64,000 nucleotides of DNA from Candidatus Spongiisociaceae bacterium (lineage in GTDB: Bacteria > Actinomycetota > Acidimicrobiia > Spongiisociales > Spongiisociaceae): assembly GCA_965202665.1 (NCBI GenBank), contig OZ241841.1, positions 192,001-256,000 of the forward strand, written 5' to 3'. Below the pieces are notes generated by a model. That model was given only the letters and a program-made list of their open reading frames with translations. It did not search any database and had not been told where the DNA came from. The stretch's first letter is position 1. Each line of letters begins with the position of its first letter. A program made the translations under genes and the position numbers. Below, in pieces: positions 20,937 through 31,682 of the stretch.

Positions 20937-22640
20937 CTACGGACCGGCCAGTTCCCGCAACCGGGGGGCGGCCTCCGGCAGGGGCAAGGTTTCCGACAGC
21001 GTCCCGTCCCGGGATTTGAGTTCCGCCTCCCCTCGTTCCAAACCGCGGGGGCCGATGGTCAAACGGTAGGGAAAGCCGATCAACTCGGCGTCGGCGAACT
21101 TGACCCCCGGGCGCTCGTCCCGGTCGTCCAAGATCACCTCCACCCCCGCCTCCGTCAGGCTCCGGTAAACGGATTGGGCGGCCTCCAACGTCGCCGGATG
21201 GTCGGGGCGGAGCGCGGTGATTACCGCCGCGAACGGCGCCACCGCCTGCGGCCAGATTATCCCCCGCTCGTCGTGGGAGGCTTCCACCACCGTGGCCATC
21301 ACCCTTCCCACGCCGATTCCGTAGGAGCCCATCACGATGGGAACGGGCCGGCCCCCCTCGTCCAGCACCGACGCCCCCAGGGCCTCCGAATATTTGCGGC
21401 CCAGCTTGAAAATGTGCCCCACTTCGATCACCGCCGTCACCGACAGGGAACCCTCCCGGCAACGGGGGCAGGTTTCGCCGTCGGATACGCGGCGGATGTC
21501 CAGCCATCGCTCCACCGCGACGTCCCTTTCGAAATCCACCCCCCGCAGATGGAAGTCGTCCCGGTTGGCCCCGGTGACCAGGTTGGAGCGTCCCCGCAGG
21601 GCCGGGTCGGCGATGACCGGCAACTCCGTCCCCACCGGCCCCAGGCTGCCCGGGTGAGCCCCCATGGCGGCGATGATCTCCTCCTCTTCGGCGGGACGCA
21701 CCTCGGCCGGGCCCAGGGCGTCGGCCATCTTCTGAACTTCCAGTTCGTGGTCGCCCCGCACCGCCGCCAGCATCGCCCGGCCGCCCACCATCATCACCAA
21801 GGTTTTAATTTGCCGGGCGGGGGCGGCGAACTCCCCCATTTCCGCCAAAGCGGCGATGGTGCGCACGCCGGGGGTGGGGAAGGTTTCCGGCGGCCCCTCC
21901 CAGGGCCGGTCCCGCTCCTCCGGCAACCAGGAGGAGGCCCGCTCCAGATTGGCCGCATAGTCGCAACTATCGCATAAGGCCACCCGGTCCTCGCCGGTGG
22001 GGGAAACCACTACGAACTCCACCGAATCGCTGCCCCCCATGTTCCCCGAGGAGGCCTCCACCGCGGCGGCGTCCAGTCCGCACCGCTGGAAAATGCGCCG
22101 GTAGGCGCCGCGATGGGCCTCGAACTGGACGTCCAGCCCCGCCTCGTCCGCATCCAGGGAATAGGAGTCCTTCATGGTGAACTCCCGCACCCGCAACAGG
22201 CCGGAGCGGGGGCGGGCCTCGTCCCGGAATTTGGTCTGGATATGGTACCAAAGCTGGGGCAGTTCCTTGTAGGAGCTAAGTTCGGAGGCCAGTTGGGCGA
22301 AAACTTCCTCATGGGTGAGGGCCAGCACCAGGTCGGCTTCCCGGCGGTCCTTGAATTTGGCCAGGATGCCCTCCACGTCGTCCCACCGCCCGGTCTTCTT
22401 CCAGATTTCACCGGGATGGACCACCGGGGCCAGGCATTCCTGTCCGCCTATGGCGTCCATCTCCTCGCGAATGATGCCCTCGATTTTGCGGGTGACCCGC
22501 ATTCCCAGCGGCAACAGGGAATAGGAGCCGGCCATCAAACGGCGAATAAACCCGCCCCGCACCAGCAGGCTGTGGCTGGGGGCCGCCGCATCGGCGGGGT
22601 TTTCGCGCAAAGTGGGTATGAAAGAACGGGACCAGCGCAC
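20937..22640 (-). CDS. proS: Proline--tRNA ligase (with editing domain)
   Basis: THEE, QTKFRDE.RPR.GLLRVREF.MKDSYS, IEVGHIFKLG, MGSYGIG. Confidence 0.98.
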   Translation of the reverse strand: MRWSRSFIPTLRENPADAAAPSHSLLVRGGFIRRLMAGSYSLLPLGMRVTRKIEGIIREEMDAIGGQECLAPVVHPGEIWKKTGRWDDVEGILAKFKDRREADLVLALTHEEVFAQLASELSSYKELPQLWYHIQTKFRDEARPRSGLLRVREFTMKDSYSLDADEAGLDVQFEAHRGAYRRIFQRCGLDAAAVEASSGNMGGSDSVEFVVVSPTGEDRVALCDSCDYAANLERASSWLPEERDRPWEGPPETFPTPGVRTIAALAEMGEFAAPARQIKTLVMMVGGRAMLAAVRGDHELEVQKMADALGPAEVRPAEEEEIIAAMGAHPGSLGPVGTELPVIADPALRGRSNLVTGANRDDFHLRGVDFERDVAVERWLDIRRVSDGETCPRCREGSLSVTAVIEVGHIFKLGRKYSEALGASVLDEGGRPVPIVMGSYGIGVGRVMATVVEASHDERGIIWPQAVAPFAAVITALRPDHPATLEAAQSVYRSLTEAGVEVILDDRDERPGVKFADAELIGFPYRLTIGPRGLERGEAELKSRDGTLSETLPLPEAAPRLRELAGP

Positions 22641-22740
22641 ATTTCTCCTTTACGGTACGGGGGCGGAATCCGGGGGCGGCGGCCTCCTCATCATACCCGA
22701 TACCGAACCAACTCCTCCCGCCCCGGACCGGGAGCGCCGG

Positions 22741-23814
22741 TTACGGGCGGGAGCGGAGGGCGGCGCGGCGGTAGAGCCAGAGCAGGGGCCAGGTGGCCAG
22801 GGCGGGGGCTATCAGCCACACCGGGCGGGTCAGCCACCATTCCAGGTTGGGAACCGGCGGCGGGAGATAATCGAACCCGGCCAGCGCCGCCACCGCCGCC
22901 GCCATGCCGGTGGTGTGGAACAGGTAGAGGGGCAGCGAATTCCGGTTCATCCAAGCCAACATCCGTTGCGCCAGCCGACCGGTTTCCAACCAGGCCAAGG
23001 CCCGGGGCCGGAAGATCAATACCAGCCCCACCTGCAGGAAAGTGAAGGCCACGATGGCCAAAGTGGGAGGCCCCATGTTGGACAAGCCCTCGCCGGTCAC
23101 CCCCACCAGCGACCGGGGGTAAAAACCCATGTTGGTGAGGGCGACCAAACCGAACAGGCCGCCCCAGAACATCATCCAGGCGGTGCGGGCGGGGGCGGCC
23201 GCCAGCCGGTCGTAGAAAAAGCCCAGTTGATGGGCCAGTCCCCAAATCACCAGAAAGTTCACCCAGGCCGCCCAACCTTGGCCTTGGGCGAAGCGGAGCA
23301 CGTCCAAAACCCCGGCCAAACCCAGCAGCCACACCAATACCAACTCGCCCCACCGCCAGTGGAAGCGGATAGCGAGCGGCGTGAGCAGCACCAACATCAG
23401 ATAGATGACCAGAAACCACAGCGGGAACAGCACCAGGAGCACCGCCGACCAGGTCCAGTCCGGGTCGGCGGCGACTTCCAGAACCCAGCCCGCGCCCACC
23501 CATGCCGCGATGAGAAAAGCGGCCGGTAGGAACAACCTCCCCAACCGCCGGCGGAGGAAGCGGCGGGAGTCGCCGGGAACGTAGTCGGCGAAAGCCCGGT
23601 GGTGGGTGTAACCGCCCACGAAGAAAAACACCGGCATTACCTGCAACAGCCAGGTGCCCACCCACAACCAACGGTTGAACCCGATCGGGTTGGTGGAGGT
23701 GATCGATTGGGGGGTGACCACCAAAATGGTGAACATCCAATGCCACACCACCACGACCACCAACGAAAAGGAGCGCAGAAAATCAACGTATTGGTCCCGG
23801 CCGGGTTCAGCCAT
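22741..23814 (-). CDS. Acyltransferase family 3 membrane protein
   Basis: RD..VD.LR...VVV.HW, QVMP.FF.VGG, multiple TM segments, LYLFH. Confidence 0.85.
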   Translation of the reverse strand: MAEPGRDQYVDFLRSFSLVVVVVWHWMFTILVVTPQSITSTNPIGFNRWLWVGTWLLQVMPVFFFVGGYTHHRAFADYVPGDSRRFLRRRLGRLFLPAAFLIAAWVGAGWVLEVAADPDWTWSAVLLVLFPLWFLVIYLMLVLLTPLAIRFHWRWGELVLVWLLGLAGVLDVLRFAQGQGWAAWVNFLVIWGLAHQLGFFYDRLAAAPARTAWMMFWGGLFGLVALTNMGFYPRSLVGVTGEGLSNMGPPTLAIVAFTFLQVGLVLIFRPRALAWLETGRLAQRMLAWMNRNSLPLYLFHTTGMAAAVAALAGFDYLPPPVPNLEWWLTRPVWLIAPALATWPLLWLYRRAALRSRP

Positions 23815-23851
23815 GCCCGGATGCTACTTTGCCCGGATGTCCGGGGGCGGG

Positions 23852-25060
23852 CTAAGGGCGGGAGGCTATGTGGGTTACCGCGGCGCGGCGGGCGGCGGCT
23901 TGGTTGGCGTCGCCTTGGATTTGCAGCAACCGTTCCCGGTCGCGGGCGGCGGCTTGGGCGGCGGAGGGGTCGGCGGCGGCCACCCGGGCGTCGGCGCCCT
24001 CCTCCGCCAAACGGCGGGCTTCGTCCAGCAGGGCCTCCACCATCTCGTCTTCGGGAACCACCCGCACCACCTTCCCTTTGATGAACAGGTGCCCCCTCCC
24101 CCGGCCTGCGGCGATGCCGATGTCCGCCTCCCGGGCTTCGCCCGGGCCGTTGACCACGCACCCCATCACCGCTACCTTGATGGGCAGGTTTTCGGCCGCC
24201 AGCCGCTCCTGCGCCTCGTCCGCCAAAGCCAGCACGTCCACCTCCGCCCGCCCGCAACTGGGGCAGGCGATCAGATCCAGGCCGGTGCGCTCCCGCAATC
24301 CCAAAAACTCCAGCAGTTGGCGGCCCGCCTTGGCCTCCTCCACCGGGTCGGCGGTCAGGGAGAAGCGAATGGTGTCCCCTATCCCCTCCAACAGCAACGT
24401 GGCGATGCCGGCCACCGATTTGACCAGCCCGGCCGGGGGCGGCCCGGCCTCGGTCACCCCCAGATGGAGGGGATGGTCCACCGTCTCCGACAACAAACGG
24501 TAAGCGGCCACCATGGTGGGAACATCGGAATGTTTTACTGAGATCTTGATGTCGGAAAACCCCTCCTCGGACAGGTATGAGATCTCCTGCAGGGCGGAAG
24601 CGGTCATCGCCTCCGGAGTGGCCGCCCCGTATTTCTCCAGCAAATCCCGGTCCAGGCTGCCCGCGTTCACCCCCACCCGGATGGGAATGCCGCGTTCCTT
24701 GGCTTCCCGGGCCACCGTCCGAATCTGCTCCGGCTTGCGGATGTTGCCCGGATTGAGGCGCAGTCCCTGCACGCCCGCCTCCATGGCCGCCAACGCCAAA
24801 CGGTACTGGTAATGAATGTCGGCGATGATGGGAACCGGGGAGCGGGGGACGATCTCCGCCAGCCCGGCCGCCGCCTCGGCGTCGTTGCAGGTGATGCGCA
24901 CCAGGTCGGCCCCCGCCCCGGCCAGGGCGTAGGTTTGGGCCAACGTGCCGTCCACGTCGGCCGTTTTGGTGGTGGTCATGGACTGGACGGAGACCGGCGC
25001 TCCGCCGCCCACTGCCACCGGCCCCACATGTATCCGGCGGGTGCGCTTGCGTTCCATCAT
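23852..25060 (-). CDS. ispG: HMBPP synthase
   Basis: VQSMTTT, ADIH, RLNPGNI, HLGVTEAG, CPSCGR, VMGCVVNGPGE. Confidence 0.98.
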   Translation of the reverse strand: MMERKRTRRIHVGPVAVGGGAPVSVQSMTTTKTADVDGTLAQTYALAGAGADLVRITCNDAEAAAGLAEIVPRSPVPIIADIHYQYRLALAAMEAGVQGLRLNPGNIRKPEQIRTVAREAKERGIPIRVGVNAGSLDRDLLEKYGAATPEAMTASALQEISYLSEEGFSDIKISVKHSDVPTMVAAYRLLSETVDHPLHLGVTEAGPPPAGLVKSVAGIATLLLEGIGDTIRFSLTADPVEEAKAGRQLLEFLGLRERTGLDLIACPSCGRAEVDVLALADEAQERLAAENLPIKVAVMGCVVNGPGEAREADIGIAAGRGRGHLFIKGKVVRVVPEDEMVEALLDEARRLAEEGADARVAAADPSAAQAAARDRERLLQIQGDANQAAARRAAVTHIASRP

Positions 25061-25070
25061 AAGGGTTCCA

Positions 25071-26183
25071 TCATAAACCCAGGTTGAGGGGATTCACGAT
25101 GTCCAGGATGACCGCCACCAGGCCCAGGAAGAAAACCAGCCCGATAACGGCCGCCGCCACCGGGAACAGTTTGCGGGTGTTGGCCCGGCGCCCGGTCACT
25201 TTCTCGTAAACGGCCACCGCGAAATGACCGCCGTCCAACGGGTAAAGAGGGAGGCTGTTGAAGATGGCCAAAGTGATGTTGACCACCGCCATCAACGCCA
25301 GCAGGTTGACCAGCCCCGACCGCTCCAACTGGGCTCCGATCTGCACCAGGCCGATGGGGCTTACCAGGCGGATTTCGTCCGGCACTTGGTCTTCGCCGCC
25401 CAGCACACCGAACAGGTTCAGCAAAGAATCGGGACGGAGGATTCTCCCCACCGAAGCCACCGTGCCGGTGGCCATTTCCCATTCCAGTTGCGCCGCCCGG
25501 CCGGCCGCGGCCAGCGGACTGATGGAAACCCGGCGCGGCTGGGGGGAAATCCCCAAAAACCCGACTTCGCCTCCCTCGGCGGACTCCCGGGAAGCCAGGG
25601 TGACCGATTGCGAGCGGGCTCGGCCGTCCCTGATGTAGTCAATGACGATGGTCCTCCCCGGCCAGCTGGAAATGAGGGCCGCCGTCTGCCACCAGTCCTC
25701 CACCGGAATTCCGTCCAAGGCGGTGATCCGGTCCCCCTCCCGCAGGCCGGCCTCCGCCGCCGGGGAAAGCCCGCCCTCCGGCGGTGACCCCACCCGGGCG
25801 ATGGAGTTGGTGTATGCGGCGTCCCCCGAAATCATGAACATGGCGGCAAGCAACAGAAAGGCGGTAATCAGGTTGAGCGTCACCCCGGACAGCACCACCA
25901 CCGATTTACGCCAGAAAGCCTGGTCGCGGTAGGCGCGGGCCGCATCGGCCGGGTCGATCTCCTCCCGGTAGTCCATGCCGGCGATGCGCACGTAGCCGCC
26001 GAGGGGGAAAGCTTTTATTCCGTATTCGGTTTCCCCCCGCCGGAACGACCAAAGGCGGGGACCGAAGCCGACGAAGAATTCGGTGGGCTTCATGCCGGTG
26101 GCGCGGGCGGTCAGATAGTGGCCGGCTTCATGCACGATGATGAACACCGTCAGCGAAACCACCATTAGTATCCCGCCCAGCAT
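25071..26183 (-). CDS. rseP: RseP/Rip1-type M50 intramembrane protease with PDZ domain
   Basis: HEAGH, PLGGYV, PDZ (SPAAEAGL..GD.I), FNSLPLYPLDGGH. Confidence 0.92.
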   Translation of the reverse strand: MLGGILMVVSLTVFIIVHEAGHYLTARATGMKPTEFFVGFGPRLWSFRRGETEYGIKAFPLGGYVRIAGMDYREEIDPADAARAYRDQAFWRKSVVVLSGVTLNLITAFLLLAAMFMISGDAAYTNSIARVGSPPEGGLSPAAEAGLREGDRITALDGIPVEDWWQTAALISSWPGRTIVIDYIRDGRARSQSVTLASRESAEGGEVGFLGISPQPRRVSISPLAAAGRAAQLEWEMATGTVASVGRILRPDSLLNLFGVLGGEDQVPDEIRLVSPIGLVQIGAQLERSGLVNLLALMAVVNITLAIFNSLPLYPLDGGHFAVAVYEKVTGRRANTRKLFPVAAAVIGLVFFLGLVAVILDIVNPLNLGL

Positions 26184-26220
26184 TTTCTAACCTCCTGTCT
26201 GCGGTTGATTGTCCTTCTCC

Positions 26221-26242
26221 AACCTAAACCGCCCCTATGACA
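26221..26242 (-). promoter_or_regulatory. PafBC/RecA-NDp-like promoter upstream of rseP
   Basis: Minus strand ttttTGTCAT-aggggcggtt-TAGGTT. Confidence 0.55.
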
Positions 26243-26285
26243 AAAACGCCTTCGCCCAGCGCCCTATGGGCGCCCTGCCGGAAAA

Positions 26286-27434
26286 CTACCGGTCGCGCAC
26301 GGCCCGCCGGGCCCGGCTGCGGGCTTGGCGGTCCACTTCCAGCACCTGCTCCACCGTTTCCAGATCCTGGCGGGAATGATCTTCCAGCGTTTCGGCGATC
26401 ACCTCCGCCACCTCGGGGAACTTGATGCGGGAGGATAAAAAGGCCTCCACCGCCACTTCGTCGGCCGCGTTGAAGACGGCCGGGGCGGTTCCCCCCTCCC
26501 GGCCCGCCTGATAGGCCAGATCCAAGGCGGGGAAAGTCCTCCGGTCGGGCGGCTGAAAAGTGAGCGGGGCGGCGACCGGGTCGAAAGGACGGGCGGCGGA
26601 GGCGGCCCGTTCCGGGAAGGTGAGGGCGTATTGGATGGGAATTCGCATATCGGGCCGGCCCAGATGGGCCTTTAGCGAGCCGTCCACGAACTCCACCATG
26701 GAATGAACGATGCTTTCCGGATGAACCACCACCTCGATCCGCTCATAATCGACTCCGAACAGATGATGGGCCTCTATCACCTCCAAACCCTTGTTGGCCA
26801 AGGTAGCCGAATCGATGGTTATCCGCTCCCCCATCCGCCAGGTGGGGTGCTCCAGGGCCTGCTGCGGGGTGACCCCGGCCAGTTGCCCGGCGTCCATCCC
26901 CCGGAACGGCCCCCCGGAGGCGGTCAGGATCAACTTTCCCACCTCGTCCATCCGCTCCCCCTGCAGGCATTGGAACAGGGCGGAATGTTCGGAATCGACC
27001 GGAATCAACTCCGCCCCCTCCGTCTGCGCCGCCCGGGTGACCAGCTCCCCGCCCGCCACCAGGCTTTCCTTGTTGGCCAAAGCCAGGCGGTTGCCGGCCA
27101 GCAAAGCGGCCGCCGAGGCCCGCAGGCCCTCCGCCCCCACGATGCCGTTCACCACCGTCGCCCCCGGCGTCATAGCCAGATCCAGGACCCCCTCGTATCC
27201 CGGCCGGTAACGGGAACCCAGCAGGCGGAGCAGATGCCGGTGGGATTCGGCCGAAGGTTCGGTCGCCGCCACCGCCGCTTGCCGGTAACGGCCCGCCAAA
27301 TAAAACAGGCGCTGAATGGAATGCTCCGACCCCCGGGCGGCCAACCCGGACACCGGAATTCCCAGCTGGTCGGCCACCTGCAGAGCTTGCCGCCCGATGG
27401 AGCCGGTCGCCCCCAGCACCACCACCGGGTTCAC
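26286..27434 (-). CDS. dxr: 1-deoxy-D-xylulose-5-phosphate reductoisomerase
   Basis: LGATGSIG, LANKESLV, PVDSEH, TASGGPF, HP.W.MG..ITIDSAT. Confidence 0.97.
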   Translation of the reverse strand: MNPVVVLGATGSIGRQALQVADQLGIPVSGLAARGSEHSIQRLFYLAGRYRQAAVAATEPSAESHRHLLRLLGSRYRPGYEGVLDLAMTPGATVVNGIVGAEGLRASAAALLAGNRLALANKESLVAGGELVTRAAQTEGAELIPVDSEHSALFQCLQGERMDEVGKLILTASGGPFRGMDAGQLAGVTPQQALEHPTWRMGERITIDSATLANKGLEVIEAHHLFGVDYERIEVVVHPESIVHSMVEFVDGSLKAHLGRPDMRIPIQYALTFPERAASAARPFDPVAAPLTFQPPDRRTFPALDLAYQAGREGGTAPAVFNAADEVAVEAFLSSRIKFPEVAEVIAETLEDHSRQDLETVEQVLEVDRQARSRARRAVRDR

Positions 27435-28576
27435 AGGTAACCGAACCAGAGAAAAGTCAGATAGGCGGCGGGGATGGTGAACAGGTAGGAATCCACCCGA
27501 TCCAAAATGCCGCCGTGGCCGGGAAGGAGGGAACCCATGTCCTTGATTCCGATGGAGCGCTTTATCCCGGACTCGGCCAGATCCCCCGCCGGGCCCGCCA
27601 AACACACCACCCCGGCCAGGGTCAGCAGGGAAGCGAAAGTGAAAGGCTCCAACCATCCCAGCCGCCCCACCAAGGCGGCCACCAGCAAAGTGACCATGGA
27701 ACCTACTGCGAAACCCGCCACCGTTTTGTTGGGGGAAAGGTAGGGGGCCAAGGGGCGGTTGCCGAAGGCCCGGCCGCAGGAATAAGCGGCGATGTCGTTG
27801 AGGGCGGTCAAACCGATCACCCCGATCACCAGGGCGGCGGAGCCGGGGGCGCGGAACACGGGCAGGGCGAAGGAGGCGGGCAGGGCGATCCAGGCCGCGC
27901 CCAGCACGGTCACCGCCGTATTGGCCAACGGGAAAGGCCGGGCCGACAGGATGACCCACAGGGCGGAACCCAGCGCCACCCCCGCCATAATCCCGGCCGC
28001 TCCGAACGGGCCGGACGACCATGACACGTACAGGGCGGCCGCCGATCCCAGCAACCCCGCCAACGACAAGGGGGCGAAACCGGCGTGGCGGGAAGCCTGG
28101 TAAAACTCGTACACCGCCAACAGGACCGCCGCCGACAGGAAAAGCGTCACCCACATCGGTCCGGCGTACAAAGCCCCGAAGAAAACCACCACGATCGCCA
28201 ACCCGGTGGCCGTCCGTATGCCCAGTTCGGAGCGGCGGGCCATGTCCATGCGGGCCAGGGTTTCCGGGTCCTCCAAGTTCTCGCCGGTCATGTCCTCAAA
28301 CCCGATCACCCCCGACTCCACCCCGGGGATGGGAGCGGAAACGGCCGACTGCTGGTGCGCTTGGGCGCCGGCGGCGGCTACCTCCTCCGCCAGCCCTTGA
28401 TATTCACGCGTGCTGGAGGCCAGGTACTCCCGGTCGGTGAACCGCTCGGCCCGTTCCCCCGGAGGAGCGGATTCTTCCGGCTCCGGCGCGGAGGCGGGAG
28501 GAGGCTGAGCGGGCGGGTCCTCCTCCGGGACGGGCGGCGCCGATTGCCCGGGTCGGGGGGGGTGCGGGGCGCTCAT
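27431..28576 (-). CDS. cdsA: Phosphatidate cytidylyltransferase with N-terminal extension
   Basis: SPNKT..G, GDLAES.IKR..GIKDMG.LLPGHGGILDRVDS. Confidence 0.95.
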   Translation of the reverse strand: MSAPHPPRPGQSAPPVPEEDPPAQPPPASAPEPEESAPPGERAERFTDREYLASSTREYQGLAEEVAAAGAQAHQQSAVSAPIPGVESGVIGFEDMTGENLEDPETLARMDMARRSELGIRTATGLAIVVVFFGALYAGPMWVTLFLSAAVLLAVYEFYQASRHAGFAPLSLAGLLGSAAALYVSWSSGPFGAAGIMAGVALGSALWVILSARPFPLANTAVTVLGAAWIALPASFALPVFRAPGSAALVIGVIGLTALNDIAAYSCGRAFGNRPLAPYLSPNKTVAGFAVGSMVTLLVAALVGRLGWLEPFTFASLLTLAGVVCLAGPAGDLAESGIKRSIGIKDMGSLLPGHGGILDRVDSYLFTIPAAYLTFLWFGYL

Positions 28577-28627
28577 GGCCGAGCGGCCCGCAACCGGAGG
28601 ACCGGAGGACGGCGACGGGGCCGGCGT

Positions 28628-29173
28628 TCAAACTTCAAGGAGTTCCCGTTCCTTGTTGCGGAGGATTTCGTCGATGCGGGCTATGTACTTGTCGTGATGT
28701 TCCTGCAATCGTTTTTCGGCCCGGCGGACATCGTCCTCCGACTCCCCCAAGTCGTTCAGGTCGTCGCGGGTGGAACGTCGGATGTTGCGGATGGACACCC
28801 GGCCTTCCTCGGCCATGTTGCGGGCCACTCGGATCAGATCCCGGCGCCGCTCCTCGGTCAAGGTCGGAAAAGCCAACCGGATCACCTGCCCGTCGTTGGA
28901 AGGGTTGAGTCCCAGGTCGGAGGCTTGAATGGCCCGTTCGATGTCGCCCAGCGCGCCGGCGTCGTAGGGATGGACCAGCAGCATCTGCGGCTCGGGAACG
29001 GTGGTGGAAGCCAACTGTTGGAGGGGGGTGGGCGCTCCGTAATAATCAACCGTCACCCGGGACAAAATGGCCGGGTTGGCCCGGCCGGTGCGCAACGTTG
29101 CAAACTCGCCCTGGGTGTGGGCGATTGCCGAAGCCATTCTTTTGGCGGCGTCTGCCAGCAGTTCGTCAAGCAT
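28628..29173 (-). CDS. frr: Ribosome recycling factor
   Basis: LRTGRANP, YYGAPTPL.Q, LGLNPSNDG, LTEERR. Confidence 0.98.
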   Translation of the reverse strand: MLDELLADAAKRMASAIAHTQGEFATLRTGRANPAILSRVTVDYYGAPTPLQQLASTTVPEPQMLLVHPYDAGALGDIERAIQASDLGLNPSNDGQVIRLAFPTLTEERRRDLIRVARNMAEEGRVSIRNIRRSTRDDLNDLGESEDDVRRAEKRLQEHHDKYIARIDEILRNKERELLEV

Positions 29174-29198
29174 TATGTTCCGTCGCCCTCCCGCCGTC

Positions 29199-29912
29199 TC
29201 AGTGTACACGGGTGCCGATGTTCTCCCCTCGAATAACCCGTTGGATATTACCGGGGATCATCAGGCTGAAAACCACAATTGGCAGTTTGTTGTCCATGCA
29301 CATGGTAACGGCGGTGGCGTCCATTACCTGCAATCCGGAGGAAATAAAATCCATGTAACCCACTTCGTTCAGCAGGGAGGCATCGGGGTCGGTAGCCGGG
29401 TCGGCGGTGTAAATTCCGTCCACTTTGCTGGCTTTCAGCATCGCCTCCGCCCCCACTTCCACCGCGCGCAAGGCGGCGGCGGTGTCGGTGGTGAAAAAAG
29501 GGTTGCCGCTGCCCGCCGCGAAAATCACCGAACGTCCCTTGCGCAGGTGGGAGATGGCCCGCAACCGAATGTAGGGTTCGGCCAGTTGCTGCATGGTGAT
29601 GGCGGACTGCACCCGGCATTCCACCCCATGCGCCTCGATGGCGTCCCGCAGGGCCAAGGCGTTGATGACGGTGGCCAGCATTCCCATGTAGTCGGCGTTG
29701 GCGGGGTCCATGCCGGAGGCGGCCGCCGACACGCCCCGGAAAATGTTGCCGCCGCCCACCACGATCCCAATTTCAAACCCGTCTTTTTGGGCGTCGGCTA
29801 TCTCCCGGGCCACCCGTCGCACCGTGTCCGGGGAAATGCCGTAGTTCACATCCGGGTCGGCGAAGGCCTCCCCGGAAAGTTTGAGCAGAACCCGTTTCGG
29901 GCCTTGGTCCAT
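29199..29912 (-). CDS. pyrH: UMP kinase
   Basis: [25 protein letters not shown]. Confidence 0.98.
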   Translation of the reverse strand: MDQGPKRVLLKLSGEAFADPDVNYGISPDTVRRVAREIADAQKDGFEIGIVVGGGNIFRGVSAAASGMDPANADYMGMLATVINALALRDAIEAHGVECRVQSAITMQQLAEPYIRLRAISHLRKGRSVIFAAGSGNPFFTTDTAAALRAVEVGAEAMLKASKVDGIYTADPATDPDASLLNEVGYMDFISSGLQVMDATAVTMCMDNKLPIVVFSLMIPGNIQRVIRGENIGTRVH

Positions 29913-30532
29913 TACAGCTCCTGCTCGCCCACGGCGATGCGGTGAAATCGCCGCACGCTGATGTTTTCGTTCATGGAGGCGGCCAGCTCGTTGACCATGT
30001 CCCCCACCGCGCCCTCGTACTGATCGGTCTTGACGAAGTCCTGTTCGTACAGGACGTAGTCCTTGTAGAAGGAGCGGATTTTGCCTTCCACTATTTTGTC
30101 GATGATATGTTCCGGCTTGCCGGCCGCCGCCGACTCGCGGGCGATCATCTCTTTCTCCTTCTCCAATGCTTCGGCGGGAACGTCCTCCACCCGCACCCAG
30201 CGGGGACAGGCGGCGGCGATGTGCATGGCCAAGTCATGCGCCATCGCCTGGAACGGCTCGCTTTTGGCCACGAAGTCGGTTTCGGAGGCCAGCTCCACCA
30301 TCACCCCCACCGTCGGATAGCCGCCCGGCTGGTGCAGATAGTGGCCGACCGTGCCCTGGTTGGCGTCCCGGCCGGCCCGTTTCTTGACGTCGGCCAAGCC
30401 TTTCTCCCGGAGCAGGTCCTTGGCTTTGTCCATGTCGCCGTCGCATTCGACCAGGGCCTGTTTGGCGTCCATCATTCCCACGCCGGTGGCCCGGCGCAGG
30501 GTTTGCACGTCTTTGGCTGTGAACTGCGGCAT
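29912..30532 (-). CDS. tsf: Elongation factor Ts (short form)
   Basis: LR..TG.GMMD.K.AL, ETDFVAK, GKP..I..KIVEGK. Confidence 0.97.
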   Translation of the reverse strand: MPQFTAKDVQTLRRATGVGMMDAKQALVECDGDMDKAKDLLREKGLADVKKRAGRDANQGTVGHYLHQPGGYPTVGVMVELASETDFVAKSEPFQAMAHDLAMHIAAACPRWVRVEDVPAEALEKEKEMIARESAAAGKPEHIIDKIVEGKIRSFYKDYVLYEQDFVKTDQYEGAVGDMVNELAASMNENISVRRFHRIAVGEQEL

Positions 30533-30544
30533 CTTTCCTCCGTA

Positions 30545-31507
30545 CTAACTTTCTTGATTTTCTGGACCGTCTTGATTTTCACGGCTGTCCTGATTGGGGA
30601 TTTCTTCTTCAGCGCCGGTCGCCTCCGCCCCGCTTTCTTCTTCGGCGCCGGTCTCCGGCGACGGTTCCGCCTCCCCGGCTTGGCCGGCGGCGGGGAGGTC
30701 TTCGGCGGGAGGGGGCTCTTCCCCTTCCCCGGCTGGTTGCGGGGCGGCCCCCGCCTGCACCGGCTCCGGTTCAACGGCTTCCCGCTCCGCGGTGGCGGCC
30801 GCCGCGGCGGCTTCCTCATCGGCCATGCGCCGCCCTTCGGCGCAGGCGGCCGCCACCGTGTTGGCTATCAGGGAGACGGCGCGGATGGCGTCGTCGTTGC
30901 CCGGAATGACGAATTCGATGTCATCGGGGTCGCAGTTGGTGTCGGTAAGGGCGATCACCGGTATTTTCAGACGGACCGCCTCCTTGACCGCTATCTGCTC
31001 GGCGTTGACATCCGCCACGAACATCGCCGAGGGGAGGGATTCCATCTCGGACACCCCGCCCAGGGCCCGTTCCAGTTGCACCAGCTCCCGGCGCAGGCGC
31101 AGGCGTTCTTTTTTGGGGAGTTGCTCCATGACCCCGGAGCTTTCCATCTCGGCCAACTCTTTCATATAGAAGATGCGGCGGTTAATGGTTTTGAAGTTGG
31201 TGAGCATTCCTCCCAGCCACCGGAAGTTGACATAGGGCATTCCGGCCGCCCCCGCCGCCTCTTCGATGGCGGACTGCACTTGGCGCTTGGTTCCCACGAA
31301 CAGCACCGTGCCGCCGCCCGCCGTCAGTTTCCGTACGAAATCGCAGGCCCGCTGGATCTCCGCCTCCGTGCGGGGCAGGTCGATGATGTGGATCCCGTTG
31401 CGCTCCCCGTAAATGTAGGGGGCCATCTTGGGGTTCCAACGGCGGGTCTGATGGCCGAAATGGACGCCCGCCGCCAGCAACTCTTTCAACATGGATGAAT
31501 CGGACAC
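30545..31507 (-). CDS. rpsB: 30S ribosomal protein S2
   Basis: AGVHFGHQTRRWNPKM, RWLGGMLTNF, IPGNDDAIR; acidic tail. Confidence 0.99.
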   Translation of the reverse strand: MSDSSMLKELLAAGVHFGHQTRRWNPKMAPYIYGERNGIHIIDLPRTEAEIQRACDFVRKLTAGGGTVLFVGTKRQVQSAIEEAAGAAGMPYVNFRWLGGMLTNFKTINRRIFYMKELAEMESSGVMEQLPKKERLRLRRELVQLERALGGVSEMESLPSAMFVADVNAEQIAVKEAVRLKIPVIALTDTNCDPDDIEFVIPGNDDAIRAVSLIANTVAAACAEGRRMADEEAAAAAATAEREAVEPEPVQAGAAPQPAGEGEEPPPAEDLPAAGQAGEAEPSPETGAEEESGAEATGAEEEIPNQDSRENQDGPENQES

Positions 31508-31635
31508 AAATGTCCTCCTTTGATTCGGTTATTCCTCCGCTCACCCTTACCGGCGCAAACCGCCGGACCTTCCCGGGCGCAGGGCCCGACCGCGGAAGGG
31601 CGCGGTGAACGTGCGTAGTCGCCCCGTTAGGGACG

Positions 31636-31682
31636 CCCCTATATTAGGGGCATACTGATGACCCCTATATTAGGGGCATACT
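31636..31682. repeat. Two exact 21-bp direct repeats, each containing the palindrome CCCCTA-TAT-TAGGGG
   Basis: CCCCTATATTAGGGGCATACT at 31636-31656 and 31662-31682. Confidence 0.9.

Noticed and set aside
31636-31682. Possible mini-CRISPR
   Set aside because: Only two repeats, 5-bp gap, no cas genes in the window.
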